From NCBI GenBank assembly GCA_913041535.1, contig CAJWJK010000003.1, positions 90,953-154,952 on the forward strand: a DNA stretch of 64,000 nucleotides. The letters are read 5' to 3'. A model generated the notes under the pieces. It made no database searches and was not told the origin of the DNA. It worked only from the letters and a program-made list of their open reading frames with translations. Made by a program: the position numbers and the translations under genes. The DNA is from an uncultured Alphaproteobacteria bacterium (GTDB lineage Bacteria; Pseudomonadota; Alphaproteobacteria; VGEJ01). Positions 32,977 through 42,913 of this stretch are shown here, in pieces (positions within the stretch are counted from its first letter, which is position 1; every line of letters starts with the position of its first letter).

Positions 32977-34350
32977 TTAATTGTTGGAATTCTCGAATGT
33001 GGTTGGTGCTTTTGATAATACGTTAAAACCATCTACTGTAACTTCGAGCACAGCAAGGCCGCGTTCGGCAGTGCCAGTATTTGAAAAGCGAAATATTCCA
33101 GCTACTCCAGAGAAGCCGCTTGCTTCGGAGATAGCCTCAGCAGAAAAGTCTCGTTGCCGCGCTAACGCAGCGGCGAGCGCGACCGAATCGTACACTAAAG
33201 TGGCGATCCGGGGCGGAAGCCGTTGATAGGTATTAAAATATTTTTGTCTAAATCTTTCTACTCGATCTGGAGTTGGTGCGGGAAACCAGCCGCCTATAAG
33301 AGCGGGTTCTTTGCCAATTGTAGAATTGGACCAAAGTGTCGTGCCTATGTATTGAACAAGTTCAGGGTGGATATCGTGATGCGGTAATAGCGCTGCAAAT
33401 GCTCTTAAACGGTCACCACCTTCAGGAACAAGAATAGCGTCGTAGCTGCGAGTTTCCGTGAGCGTTAACCGTTGGACGGCGGCGTCGAGCTCAGAAATCT
33501 CGGGTAAATAGAATTCAACTGTTACCAGATCTCCGTCAGAATTATTTATTGAGTCCCGAAGGCTGCGCAGTATTGCCCGACCGTACGGTGACTCGGGAAT
33601 GAGGGCAGCATATCTTCGGATCCCTTGGGCTCTCGCGTATTTGACAATACGTTTGATTTGCTGCTGTGGAGATAGTCCCATCAAGTAGGCACCGCCACCC
33701 GCAACACGTTGGTCGTTCGAGAATGACACTAAGTTGATACTGCTTTTGCGAGCTTCTTTTGCCGCAGAGACTGTAGTTTGGCTAAAGACTGGGCCGAGAA
33801 GAAGGGCTGCACCCTCGACTATTGCGGTTTGGGCGGCTTGGGCAGCGCGTTTTGGATTGCCCGCAGTATCATAAGGTCGAATCTCAAGCGCTTTATCGCC
33901 TAAGTCGAAAAGGGCCAATTGAGCTGCGTCAAGTAACAGATGTCCTATTTCGGCATGAATACCCGTCAAAGGCAATAATAGCGCCACTGGCACGATGCCC
34001 GCTCCAAATTTTGCAGGAGCTTCCAGTATTGGTGCCGCTGGCTCCACTACAACCAGAGTGTTGGCGGGCTTCATTTTTATTGTTGCACTTAGTTTAGCTG
34101 ATTGGACTGCCTCCGGTTTCTGGGTCGTTTCCGAAATAGAGTTTGTCGGTAGTTTGTCTACTTCGGCTGATGCAACTTTATTATTATCGAATTGATCGCC
34201 GTCATCCGGTTCGAGTGGTACACTGTGGCATGCCGCGAGTAAGCAAACGAGACCGGTCGCCCACAGGAATCGACTTCGGAGCGGGCCTTGGTGTTTCAGC
34301 AGAAGGTTTCTCTGAGATTTCAAATACGGCTCACATAAGCGATTTAACAC
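32977..34350 (-). CDS. lpoA: penicillin-binding protein activator LpoA-like lipoprotein (LppC family)
   Basis: Lipobox LVCLLAAC; C-terminal type-I periplasmic-binding-protein fold; divergent from rsmI as in the E. coli yraM/yraL locus. Confidence 0.55.
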   Translation of the reverse strand: MLNRLCEPYLKSQRNLLLKHQGPLRSRFLWATGLVCLLAACHSVPLEPDDGDQFDNNKVASAEVDKLPTNSISETTQKPEAVQSAKLSATIKMKPANTLVVVEPAAPILEAPAKFGAGIVPVALLLPLTGIHAEIGHLLLDAAQLALFDLGDKALEIRPYDTAGNPKRAAQAAQTAIVEGAALLLGPVFSQTTVSAAKEARKSSINLVSFSNDQRVAGGGAYLMGLSPQQQIKRIVKYARAQGIRRYAALIPESPYGRAILRSLRDSINNSDGDLVTVEFYLPEISELDAAVQRLTLTETRSYDAILVPEGGDRLRAFAALLPHHDIHPELVQYIGTTLWSNSTIGKEPALIGGWFPAPTPDRVERFRQKYFNTYQRLPPRIATLVYDSVALAAALARQRDFSAEAISEASGFSGVAGIFRFSNTGTAERGLAVLEVTVDGFNVLSKAPTTFENSNN

Positions 34351-35231
34351 CTGAACAGCGTAGCTCTGCTAAGTCATCACGTAAACTAACTCCTGGCCTC
34401 TATGTTGTTGCTACTCCAATTGGAAATCTTGCTGATATAACTCTACGCGCCTTAAGCATTTTATCTTCGGTTGATGTAATAGCATGTGAAGACACTCGTG
34501 TGACCCGCAAACTTCTGGCGAAACACGGTATTTCCAACAGACTGACTTCATATCATGAACATAACGCTAGACGTTCGGGTCGTCGTTTGCTCAATAGGTT
34601 AATAAACGGGGAGGCTGTTGCTCTGGTATCTGACGCGGGTACGCCACTGGTTTCTGATCCAGGATATCGGCTAGTACTCGAGGCCAGACGGGAAGGTGTG
34701 CTGGTTGTGCCGATTCCAGGACCATCTATTGTAACAGCTGCTTTATCAGTTTCGGGTCTTCCCACAGATAGATTTATGTTCGTGGGATTCTTACCGAGCA
34801 GAAAAGGAGAAAGACTTCGGGTGATAAATGAATTTCGCGATATCAAAGCTACTTTGGTGCTGTTTGAGTCTTCCCGCCGTCTGGCTGCTACACTGTGTGA
34901 TCTGTGGAGTGTACTTGGTAAGAGGAGCGCTGTAGTAGCCCGAGAGGTTACAAAAAGATTTGAGGAGTCGCGAAGCGACATGTTGGATTCGCTTGCGGAG
35001 TACTACAGTAATACTAGCCCACCACGTGGCGAGATCATCGTTCTTGTAGGCCCTCCAGAAAAGAACCGGGGTGTTGACTGTAAATTTTCCGACGTTGAAA
35101 TTGATGCTCAAATTGAAGCAGCACTAGAGCATCATCCATTAACAAACGTCGCGTCACTTGTTGCTTCTGCTACGGGCTTGCCGCGAAGGGAAGTCTACTC
35201 TAGGGCTGTTAAGGTAAAGAAGCGTGAATGA
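34230..35231 (+). CDS. rsmI: 16S rRNA (cytidine1402-2'-O)-methyltransferase RsmI
   Basis: LYVVATPIGNLADITLRALSILSSVDVIACEDTR matches the RsmI N-terminus. The first in-frame ATG upstream of that motif is at 34230. Confidence 0.8.
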   Translation: MPRVSKRDRSPTGIDFGAGLGVSAEGFSEISNTAHISDLTPEQRSSAKSSRKLTPGLYVVATPIGNLADITLRALSILSSVDVIACEDTRVTRKLLAKHGISNRLTSYHEHNARRSGRRLLNRLINGEAVALVSDAGTPLVSDPGYRLVLEARREGVLVVPIPGPSIVTAALSVSGLPTDRFMFVGFLPSRKGERLRVINEFRDIKATLVLFESSRRLAATLCDLWSVLGKRSAVVAREVTKRFEESRSDMLDSLAEYYSNTSPPRGEIIVLVGPPEKNRGVDCKFSDVEIDAQIEAALEHHPLTNVASLVASATGLPRREVYSRAVKVKKRE

Positions 35232-35378
35232 AGGCTCTTCAGAAAGTTGTCTTGCGTCTATTCAAATTGGTGTAAGTATGTGTGTGATTGGTTTGTCGCG
35301 ATGGGTGTAGAATTTTAATGCGGGGACAGGGGCGATCTTAGCGGTGCCACCCGATGATCGTCCTAAAGTGAGGGTCAC

Positions 35379-35996
35379 ATGACACGTTTGAATTTATCTA
35401 GCGTCAATAGCCTGCGATGTGTGGTTGTTCTGGCATTGTGTGTTTTACCGTTGGCGGTCACGGGGTGTGCTGGCTTCATAGCAGGAGGAGCTGCTACAAC
35501 CGGGTTGGCTGTTGCTCAGGAGCGGTCAATTGGATCAGCTATTGATGATACGGCCATTCGACTAGATATTAATCGTCGGATGTTTGAAGTTAGTGACGTT
35601 ATGTTTGCGGGAGTAAGCCTTGAGGTAGTCGAGGGTCGGGTGCTTTTGACAGGAAATGTACCTACTCCAGAGGATCGAGTTACAGCGGTTCGCCTTGCTT
35701 GGTTGGCACCTGGTGTCAGGGAAGTTATCAATGAAATAAATATACGGGATCGTGGTGATCTCCTTCACTACCTAAAAGATCTTAGAATAACTAGTCAACT
35801 TCGTTTCGAACTTTTGCGGGACCTTGCCGTTAAGGATATCAACTACTCTATAGAGACACAAAACTCTGTAGTGTTTCTCATGGGAATTGCGCAGGACAAA
35901 CCCGAGCTTGATCGTGTAACTAATCATGCACGCAATATTCCCGGAGTAACTAAGGTCGTGAGTTATGCAGTATTGAAGGACGATCCAAAACGGTGA
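35379..35996 (+). CDS. BON-domain outer-membrane lipoprotein (DolP/YraP-like)
   Basis: Lipobox LAVTGC and two BON domains; in E. coli yraP lies in the same yraL-yraM neighbourhood. Confidence 0.65.
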   Translation: MTRLNLSSVNSLRCVVVLALCVLPLAVTGCAGFIAGGAATTGLAVAQERSIGSAIDDTAIRLDINRRMFEVSDVMFAGVSLEVVEGRVLLTGNVPTPEDRVTAVRLAWLAPGVREVINEINIRDRGDLLHYLKDLRITSQLRFELLRDLAVKDINYSIETQNSVVFLMGIAQDKPELDRVTNHARNIPGVTKVVSYAVLKDDPKR

Positions 35997-36051
35997 AGAT
36001 TGCTTTTTTCTGTAGACCCTTATATTCGGTTGAGGGCGTTGGGCCACTACG

Positions 36052-36993
36052 ATGACCTTTGCTGTTGCAATACAAATGGATCCTGTTGAATTCATCGATA
36101 TTGAGGCGGATAGTACCTTTTTGCTTGCTCTAGAAGCACAAAACCGCGGGCACACGCTTTATCACTATCTAGCACGAGATCTGAGCATTCGAGAAAATCG
36201 TGTTTTTGCCCGCGCCTGCACTCTTGAAGTTAGCCGAAAAGAAGGTGCGCATGCGCGTCTTGGAGTCCCTTGCAACGTAGATTTGGCAACATTGGATGTA
36301 ATACTGATGCGGCAAGACCCTCCATTTAATATGTCCTATATCACAGCCACACATATTTTGGAGCATGTTCATCCCGGGACGCTGGTAGTAAATGATCCTG
36401 TGAGCGTCCGAAATGCTCCCGAAAAATTATTTGTTACCCAGTTTCCCGACTTGATGCCGCCAACATTGATTTCGGCAAACGTAGAAGAAATCAGGGAATT
36501 TAGAAAAGAGCAGCATGATATAATCTTGAAACCGCTTTTTGGTAACGGCGGAGCTGGGGTTTTTCATGTAACACCTAATGATGACAACTTTAATTCCTTG
36601 TTAGAAATGTTTTTACAAAAATCGTGTGAGCCGATCGTGGCGCAGAGGTATCTTCCTGAGGTTCGGGAGGGTGACCGCCGTATCATATTGGTTAATGGAG
36701 ATCCAGCAGGTGCTGTGGATAGAGTTCCACCACTGGATGATGTGCGCGCCAATATGCACGTCGGTGCCAAACCAAAAAAGGCCAGTTTAAATAGGCGTGA
36801 TATCGAGATCTGTGAGACCATTGGTCCTATCTTAAAGAGTCTGGGTTTAATTTTTGTTGGGATCGATGTTATAGCCGGTCAGGTAACCGAAATTAATGTA
36901 ACGTCACCGACTGGTTTGCAAGAAGTGAATCGCTTTGACGAAGTTAATCTAGAAGTTGATATTTGGAACGCAATTGAAGATCGATGCAGATAG
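36052..36993 (+). CDS. gshB: glutathione synthetase (ATP-grasp)
   Basis: 313 aa; prokaryotic GshB N-domain plus ATP-grasp C-terminus (…ILVNGDPAGAVDRVP…EINVTSPTG). Confidence 0.85.
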   Translation: MTFAVAIQMDPVEFIDIEADSTFLLALEAQNRGHTLYHYLARDLSIRENRVFARACTLEVSRKEGAHARLGVPCNVDLATLDVILMRQDPPFNMSYITATHILEHVHPGTLVVNDPVSVRNAPEKLFVTQFPDLMPPTLISANVEEIREFRKEQHDIILKPLFGNGGAGVFHVTPNDDNFNSLLEMFLQKSCEPIVAQRYLPEVREGDRRIILVNGDPAGAVDRVPPLDDVRANMHVGAKPKKASLNRRDIEICETIGPILKSLGLIFVGIDVIAGQVTEINVTSPTGLQEVNRFDEVNLEVDIWNAIEDRCR

Positions 36994-37073
36994 AATAGCG
37001 GCCACAGTAATATCGGATTAGCGCCCAGGTCTTAAGCAGAGTTATACAATAATCTGTGTACTGGTAAGGACCA

Positions 37074-37844
37074 TTAATTTTTCTTCTGTGCTAGTAGCTT
37101 GATTCCTGGTTTGAATGCAAGGAATTGGCGGTAAACTGTTAGATTGTGTTTTTCTAGGAGTTTAGAGAGATTTCGTGGGTTGAAGTACAGACAGTGGGAT
37201 GGGGGGCAAAAGGCGTCCCAACGGCGGACGTCGCGTGGTCTTCGCCAATGGCTTATATCTGGCGTCGTTAAATAAAGAAATCCTTCAGGTCGTAAGCGGG
37301 CAACTATGGCAGCAATAAAATCGTTGGCATTGGCTACATGCTCGATAACCTCGGAGCAATAGATAACATCAAAAGGCTCGGTATTCTCATATTCCTCGAT
37401 GCGACTTCGAACAAATTGGCCTGATGGGTAATGTTCTTTGGCCCATGAAATTGACACAGCATCAAGGTCTATTCCGTACGCTTTAAATCCTTGTTCGTGG
37501 GCAGCGGCAACCGTAAAGCCACCATTGCAGCCTACGTCAAGGAAGCGTCCACCATTAACTAATCTGGCAATACGGGAAACGCGCTTACGGGCACGCCGTA
37601 ATTTTTGAGGAATTTTCAGAAAATAACCTTCCCCTGTTCCACCGTATGCGTCATCGTAGATCTGCTCTATTTCGGATAAAGTTGGCATTGGGTTGAGGTA
37701 AATCAAGCTGCACCCCGGACACTCAAAGAGCGCATAATCTAGATGACGAATGAATAGCTGCGGCGAATGTGACCCGCATATTTGACATGGCGCAACTTCA
37801 AGGTTTTTTTTGCTCATAGAAGGGGCCGATTCGCTAGAAAACAC
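37074..37844 (-). CDS. class I SAM-dependent methyltransferase with N-terminal zinc-ribbon
   Basis: CxxC...CxxC pair (CQICGS...CPGCS) followed by SAM motif I FLDVGCNGG. Confidence 0.7.
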   Translation of the reverse strand: MFSSESAPSMSKKNLEVAPCQICGSHSPQLFIRHLDYALFECPGCSLIYLNPMPTLSEIEQIYDDAYGGTGEGYFLKIPQKLRRARKRVSRIARLVNGGRFLDVGCNGGFTVAAAHEQGFKAYGIDLDAVSISWAKEHYPSGQFVRSRIEEYENTEPFDVIYCSEVIEHVANANDFIAAIVARLRPEGFLYLTTPDISHWRRPRDVRRWDAFCPPSHCLYFNPRNLSKLLEKHNLTVYRQFLAFKPGIKLLAQKKN

Positions 37845-38257
37845 GTTCTATATGCATCCAAGATATAAATGATTGGTCGTTCTGACTGCAGTTTTGTCAA
37901 GAAATACTCCATGCATGGTAGTAAAAACAGCTACTAGTACTGAAAGTGATCTTGCACTTTGTGGGCCATATCGTCTTGTCTCGTTGTCAATAGCTACAAG
38001 AAACCTGTACTTATGTGCTTCTCTCGGTGTTTTTGATAGCATAGAAAAAAGTTTCAAGTGAATGTCTTATTCCAGTCTTTCTGCGGGCGCCGCTTGCTAG
38101 CTCGAAAATTCATTCGTTTGTTTAATGCCACGAAAGCCAATGCTTAGGTTTCAAATTTGACCGTCGTGAGTTAGCTCCGCTACTATCATGCCTAACTGAC
38201 GCGGATCAGGACTTCGTTAGCTTTATGCCTGGTTTCAAGAGAACAATCTAGGACCCC

Positions 38258-39229
38258 ATGCAGCGAATATCTGCTCTTAAAAACCTCCGTAGGGCTGCGC
38301 CACGACCCCAACCCAGTCGTTTTTTTGCGCAGGATGGGCAACTAGAGGTTCGCGTAACTCGTAAGCGCTTTGATATCATTGCTGCGCAGGCGCTGCGGTA
38401 CCGTGTCTTTTACGAGGAAATGGGCGCCACGCCAACTTCAAGAATGAGAGCTAAACGTCGAGACTTTGATCGTTACGACCGAATCTGTGATCACATCTTG
38501 GTTCTTGATCATAGGAGACGTTCTGGAGACAAAGTCATTGGCACATATCGTTTGCTGCGTCATGAAGTAGCGGTTCAACATGGCGGTTTCTACAGTGCTG
38601 GGGAATACGATGTCTCAATATTAATGCAGGAAGAACCAGAAGACGGCCAGCTTTTGGAAACTGGGCGTAGTTGTGTAGCAGCAGAGTATCGCAATACGGC
38701 AACCATACAGTTGTTGTGGCGTGGAATTGCGAGTTACATGTTAGAGCACAATGTTACTTTAGTTATGGGCTGTGCGAGCTTTCAGGGTACAGACCCTTTA
38801 GAGCACGCTCTACCATTATCGTATCTTTACCACCACCACTTAGCGCCCTTTAAAACGAGAGTGAAGGCTTTACCGCATTTGCACCAGTCTATGAGGTTTA
38901 TGGAGGAGGAGGAAATCGTGCGCCGTCAAGCGTTGCGAGCAATGCCGCCCTTAATCAAGGCGTATCTTCGACTAGGGGCACATGTTGGCGATGGAGCGGT
39001 GGTCGATCACCAGTTCGGTACCACAGATGTTTTCATGATTCTTCCAGTGGATAGGGTAGCAGACAGATATCACACTCATTTTGAACGAAGTGACGAACTT
39101 TCGCCCGTGGTATCAGGTGCTCGGAGGAGAAAATTGTTGCGATCGGTGTTGCCTTTAGTGCGTCGACGGGAAGCCCAAACAGGAATTTCATTTTCAAGTC
39201 GATATGGTCAGGCTAGCAGCTGTGGTTGA
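38258..39229 (+). CDS. GNAT-fold N-acyltransferase, OlsB-like (ornithine lipid / lyso-lipid N-acyltransferase family)
   Basis: LEVRVTRKRFDIIAAQALRYRVFYEEMGA and overall length resemble the OlsB/hemolysin-like acyltransferase family. Confidence 0.55.
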   Translation: MQRISALKNLRRAAPRPQPSRFFAQDGQLEVRVTRKRFDIIAAQALRYRVFYEEMGATPTSRMRAKRRDFDRYDRICDHILVLDHRRRSGDKVIGTYRLLRHEVAVQHGGFYSAGEYDVSILMQEEPEDGQLLETGRSCVAAEYRNTATIQLLWRGIASYMLEHNVTLVMGCASFQGTDPLEHALPLSYLYHHHLAPFKTRVKALPHLHQSMRFMEEEEIVRRQALRAMPPLIKAYLRLGAHVGDGAVVDHQFGTTDVFMILPVDRVADRYHTHFERSDELSPVVSGARRRKLLRSVLPLVRRREAQTGISFSSRYGQASSCG

Positions 39230-39248
39230 TTGCCAAGGTTTATGATCG

Positions 39249-41960
39249 GTGGCCGCTGTCAAGACCAATAAATCATCGGCATTTGATCCATCCAATGTTT
39301 CGATGTTGCCTGATCGCACCGAAAATACTGAAAAATTTACCCCGATGATGGAACAATATCACTCGATAAAGCGCGCCCATTCAGACTGCTTGCTATTTTA
39401 CCGAATGGGCGATTTTTACGAGCTTTTTTTTGAAGATGCCGTCACAGTCTCTGGTGAAGTGGACATTACGTTGACTCGTCGGGGCAAGCATCAAGGCAAA
39501 GACATTCCTATGTGTGGAGTTCCCGTTCACTCTGTCGATAGTTATCTTGCACGTCTAATCCGCAAGGGTCATAGAGTGGCCATATGCGAGCAAATTGAAG
39601 ATGTCTCACAAGCCAAGCGTCGCCGAGGAAGCAAGTCACTAGTCAAGCGAGATGTTGTGCGCTTGTTGACCCCGGGAACGATTTTGGAAGATACGTTGCT
39701 TGAGGCTCGTGAAAACAATTATCTGGTAGCATTGAGTTGCGCTGAAAGTCAGTTGGGGTTGGCGTGGCTAGATATGTCTACCGGAGAATTTAATGTAACG
39801 ACTATAGAAAATATTTATCTGGAAGCAGAATTATCTAGAATCAGTCCTGGGGAAATTCTTGTTTCAGAAAACTTTTCTCAAGTATCCGGGCTGTCAGATG
39901 TGCTGGATAGGTGGACAGAGAAGCTGACATTTGTGCCGTCTTCGAGTTTCGATGTTGGGGGTAGCAAGAATCGTCTTGAGCAAGTCTATGGCGTTGATCA
40001 GCTAGCGGGCTTCAGTGAATTTAACAGATTACATTTTGCGGCTTGTGGGGCGTTAGTTGAGTATTTGGAGCTTACCCAGAAGGGGCGACTGCCGCACCTA
40101 ATGCCGCCATTTCTTCTGGAGATGGGGGCTGCAATGACTATTGATTCTGCAACCCGTCGTAATCTTGAGCTTGTCCGTGACCTAAAGGGAAATCGAGGTG
40201 GAAGTCTGTTAGCAACTATAGACCGCACTATTACCAGTATTGGGGCCCGTCTACTTGCCAGCCGTTTGACGGCGCCATTGACGCGAGTTAGCGCAATTAA
40301 TGACCGACTAGATATGGTGCAGTACTTTGCCGAAGATTCGGCAATGAGAAGTTTGATTCGAGACGAGCTACGTCATTGTCCGGATGTTGAGCGAGCGCTA
40401 TCTCGGTTGCTGATAGCGCGGGGTGGACCTCGCGACCTTGCTGTAATTGGCGATGCTCTAGCACGTTCTGAGGCAAGCTATAAACTATTGATTGATTCCC
40501 CGTTAAACCCTCTCACGGATGCTCTCAAGTTGGTCATAGAGGACCTTACTGGATATATGGACTTGGTCGGGAAGATTAAAGAGGCTCTTGCTATCGATCT
40601 TCCTCTGTTAGCCCGTGACGGAGGTTTTATAGCTGCAGGATATAATACAGACCTTGATAACCAGCGAGAACTCCAGGATCAGAGTCGTAAACTCATAGCA
40701 GCTCTCCAGGCAAAGTACGTTGAGCAGACCGGGATTCGAGCGTTGAAGGTGCGTCATAATAACGTATTAGGATATTTTGTTGAGGTGCCATCTGCTCATG
40801 CTGAAAAACTTGAGGAACTGTCATTGAGCAATACCTTTGTTCGCCGACAGACAATGGCAAACGCGGCTCGTTTTAGCACTGTTGAGCTCGGCGAGGTTGA
40901 GGTGCAAATAGCTCGTGCTTCTGATCAAGCTCTAGCATTTGAACTGGAGTTGTACGATGAGCTTGTTGCTGAAGTGTCTGTTAGATCAACTGAGATTTAT
41001 AAGGCGGCCAAAGCGATCGCTCTGCTTGATGTCGTAACTGCATTAGCAGAGCTTGCGGAAGAGTGCCGGTTTGTTCGCCCTCAGATAGATGAATCTCTTG
41101 ATTTTTGCATAAAGGGTGGGCGTCATCCGGTGGTTGAAAAATCGTTGGGGACATTCATCGCAAATGATTGCAATATTGAGGAGCGCACGCGAGTTTGGCT
41201 TGTGACGGGCCCTAACATGGCCGGTAAGAGCACCTTTATGCGGCAAAATGCATTGATTGTTATATTAGCTCAGATGGGTGCATACGTGCCTGCAACGACG
41301 GCGCGATTAGGTGTTGTTGACCGGCTTTTTAGCAGAGTTGGTGCGTCTGACGACCTGGCTCGAGGTCGTTCTACATTTATGGTAGAGATGGTGGAGACAG
41401 CGACAATTCTTAATCTTGCCACCTCGAGATCATTTGTGATCCTTGATGAAATAGGGAGAGGGACTGCTACCTATGACGGGCTGTCAATTGCCTGGGCTAC
41501 GATCGAGCATATACACGAGAAAAACAGGTGTCGGGCAATGTTCGCCACTCATTATCATGAAATGGCAACGCTTTCTGAAAACCTTTCTAACGTTGCATCT
41601 TTTACGATGAGAGTTCGCGAGTGGGAGGGAGAGGTAGTGTTTCTGTATGAGGTTAAACCCGGAACAGCGGATCGATCTTACGGCATTCATGTTGCCAAGC
41701 TTGCAGGTATACCAAACTCTGTAATCGCACGTGCCAAAGAGGTTTTAGAGTTATTGGAGAGGAGCGGACAGGAATGCGTTGACACTAGGTTAGTTGACTC
41801 AATGCCATTGTTGTCATCAGTTGTTTCTTCTTCAACCTCGTCTACCGAATCGCGTCTGGTCACAATGCTTGATGAGATAGACGCAGACAATATGACTCCG
41901 CGTGAAGCACTCGAGCGGATTTACAAACTTAAGGCATTGAGAAATTCTCACAAGCCTTGA
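39249..41960 (+). CDS. mutS: DNA mismatch repair protein MutS
   Basis: 903 aa; N-terminal mismatch-binding TPMMEQY...FYELF, Walker A GPNMAGKST, and the ABC-like signature. Confidence 0.95.
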   Translation: MAAVKTNKSSAFDPSNVSMLPDRTENTEKFTPMMEQYHSIKRAHSDCLLFYRMGDFYELFFEDAVTVSGEVDITLTRRGKHQGKDIPMCGVPVHSVDSYLARLIRKGHRVAICEQIEDVSQAKRRRGSKSLVKRDVVRLLTPGTILEDTLLEARENNYLVALSCAESQLGLAWLDMSTGEFNVTTIENIYLEAELSRISPGEILVSENFSQVSGLSDVLDRWTEKLTFVPSSSFDVGGSKNRLEQVYGVDQLAGFSEFNRLHFAACGALVEYLELTQKGRLPHLMPPFLLEMGAAMTIDSATRRNLELVRDLKGNRGGSLLATIDRTITSIGARLLASRLTAPLTRVSAINDRLDMVQYFAEDSAMRSLIRDELRHCPDVERALSRLLIARGGPRDLAVIGDALARSEASYKLLIDSPLNPLTDALKLVIEDLTGYMDLVGKIKEALAIDLPLLARDGGFIAAGYNTDLDNQRELQDQSRKLIAALQAKYVEQTGIRALKVRHNNVLGYFVEVPSAHAEKLEELSLSNTFVRRQTMANAARFSTVELGEVEVQIARASDQALAFELELYDELVAEVSVRSTEIYKAAKAIALLDVVTALAELAEECRFVRPQIDESLDFCIKGGRHPVVEKSLGTFIANDCNIEERTRVWLVTGPNMAGKSTFMRQNALIVILAQMGAYVPATTARLGVVDRLFSRVGASDDLARGRSTFMVEMVETATILNLATSRSFVILDEIGRGTATYDGLSIAWATIEHIHEKNRCRAMFATHYHEMATLSENLSNVASFTMRVREWEGEVVFLYEVKPGTADRSYGIHVAKLAGIPNSVIARAKEVLELLERSGQECVDTRLVDSMPLLSSVVSSSTSSTESRLVTMLDEIDADNMTPREALERIYKLKALRNSHKP

Positions 41961-41988
41961 ATTTATCGCCAACCGTTAGGTAGGTAGT

Positions 41989-42888
41989 TTGTTAGGTCGA
42001 CATTCTTCACATTACGTACCCTACTTACTGCTGGTGCTAACCAGCCTTTTCTGGGCAGGAAATGGGATTGCTGGTCGCTTGGCGGCGACATCTAATATCG
42101 AACCATTGGCGCTCACATTCTGGCGATGGCTCGCAGCACTGGCATTTATAGTGCCATTTGCACTGCCGTACATATTTGCAGAGCGCGTGGCACTAGTTAG
42201 GCATTGGCGAATTCTTACTATTTTAGGCGCACTGAGTGTGACTGCGTTCACTGCATTCTATTATTATGCCCTTAGCCTCAGTACAGCTATAAACGTCACC
42301 CTTGTAGCCGCAACAATGCCTGCTGCAATTGTCGGTCTTTCCTGGCTTCTATTTCGGGAGACAGTAACCTCGAGGGCATTAATAGGGATGTTGGTAGCCT
42401 TTATTGGTGTTGTCGCCATAATCGCGCGAGGCGACGTATCTGTTTTGTGGGAACTAGGATTCAATCCTGGGGATTTAGTTGCTCTCGGCGCGGTGTTTAC
42501 TTGGGCGCTTTATTCAGTGCTACTAAGGTACCGTCCGCGGGAGCTACACTCCCTGACTTTTTTAACAGGTATTATTCTGCCTGGAGTCATCATCAACCTG
42601 GTTGTGTTGTTGATTGACGCTGATAGCGTTTCCGTCACATTCAACTGGAGTAACGTCGCGCTAATTGCGTATGTTGGATTGTTTCCATCGGTGCTTGCCT
42701 ACGTTTTTTTTAACTCTGGTGTAAAAGCCGTAGGGGCTAATATATCTGGTCAGTTCGGCTATCTTGTTCCGCTCTTCGCAGCGTTTCTAGCAGTGGCTAT
42801 CTTGGGAGAAACTTTTGAGACATATCATTTCATTGGGATGACAGTAATATTTGCCGGTCTTTATCTTGCCAGTCGTAGTCGCACATAA
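41989..42888 (+). CDS. DMT superfamily (EamA-like) transporter
   Basis: Ten predicted transmembrane helices organised as two EamA repeats. Confidence 0.7.
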   Translation: MLGRHSSHYVPYLLLVLTSLFWAGNGIAGRLAATSNIEPLALTFWRWLAALAFIVPFALPYIFAERVALVRHWRILTILGALSVTAFTAFYYYALSLSTAINVTLVAATMPAAIVGLSWLLFRETVTSRALIGMLVAFIGVVAIIARGDVSVLWELGFNPGDLVALGAVFTWALYSVLLRYRPRELHSLTFLTGIILPGVIINLVVLLIDADSVSVTFNWSNVALIAYVGLFPSVLAYVFFNSGVKAVGANISGQFGYLVPLFAAFLAVAILGETFETYHFIGMTVIFAGLYLASRSRT

Positions 42889-42913
42889 ATAGCTACATCG
42901 AATATCTGATCGA

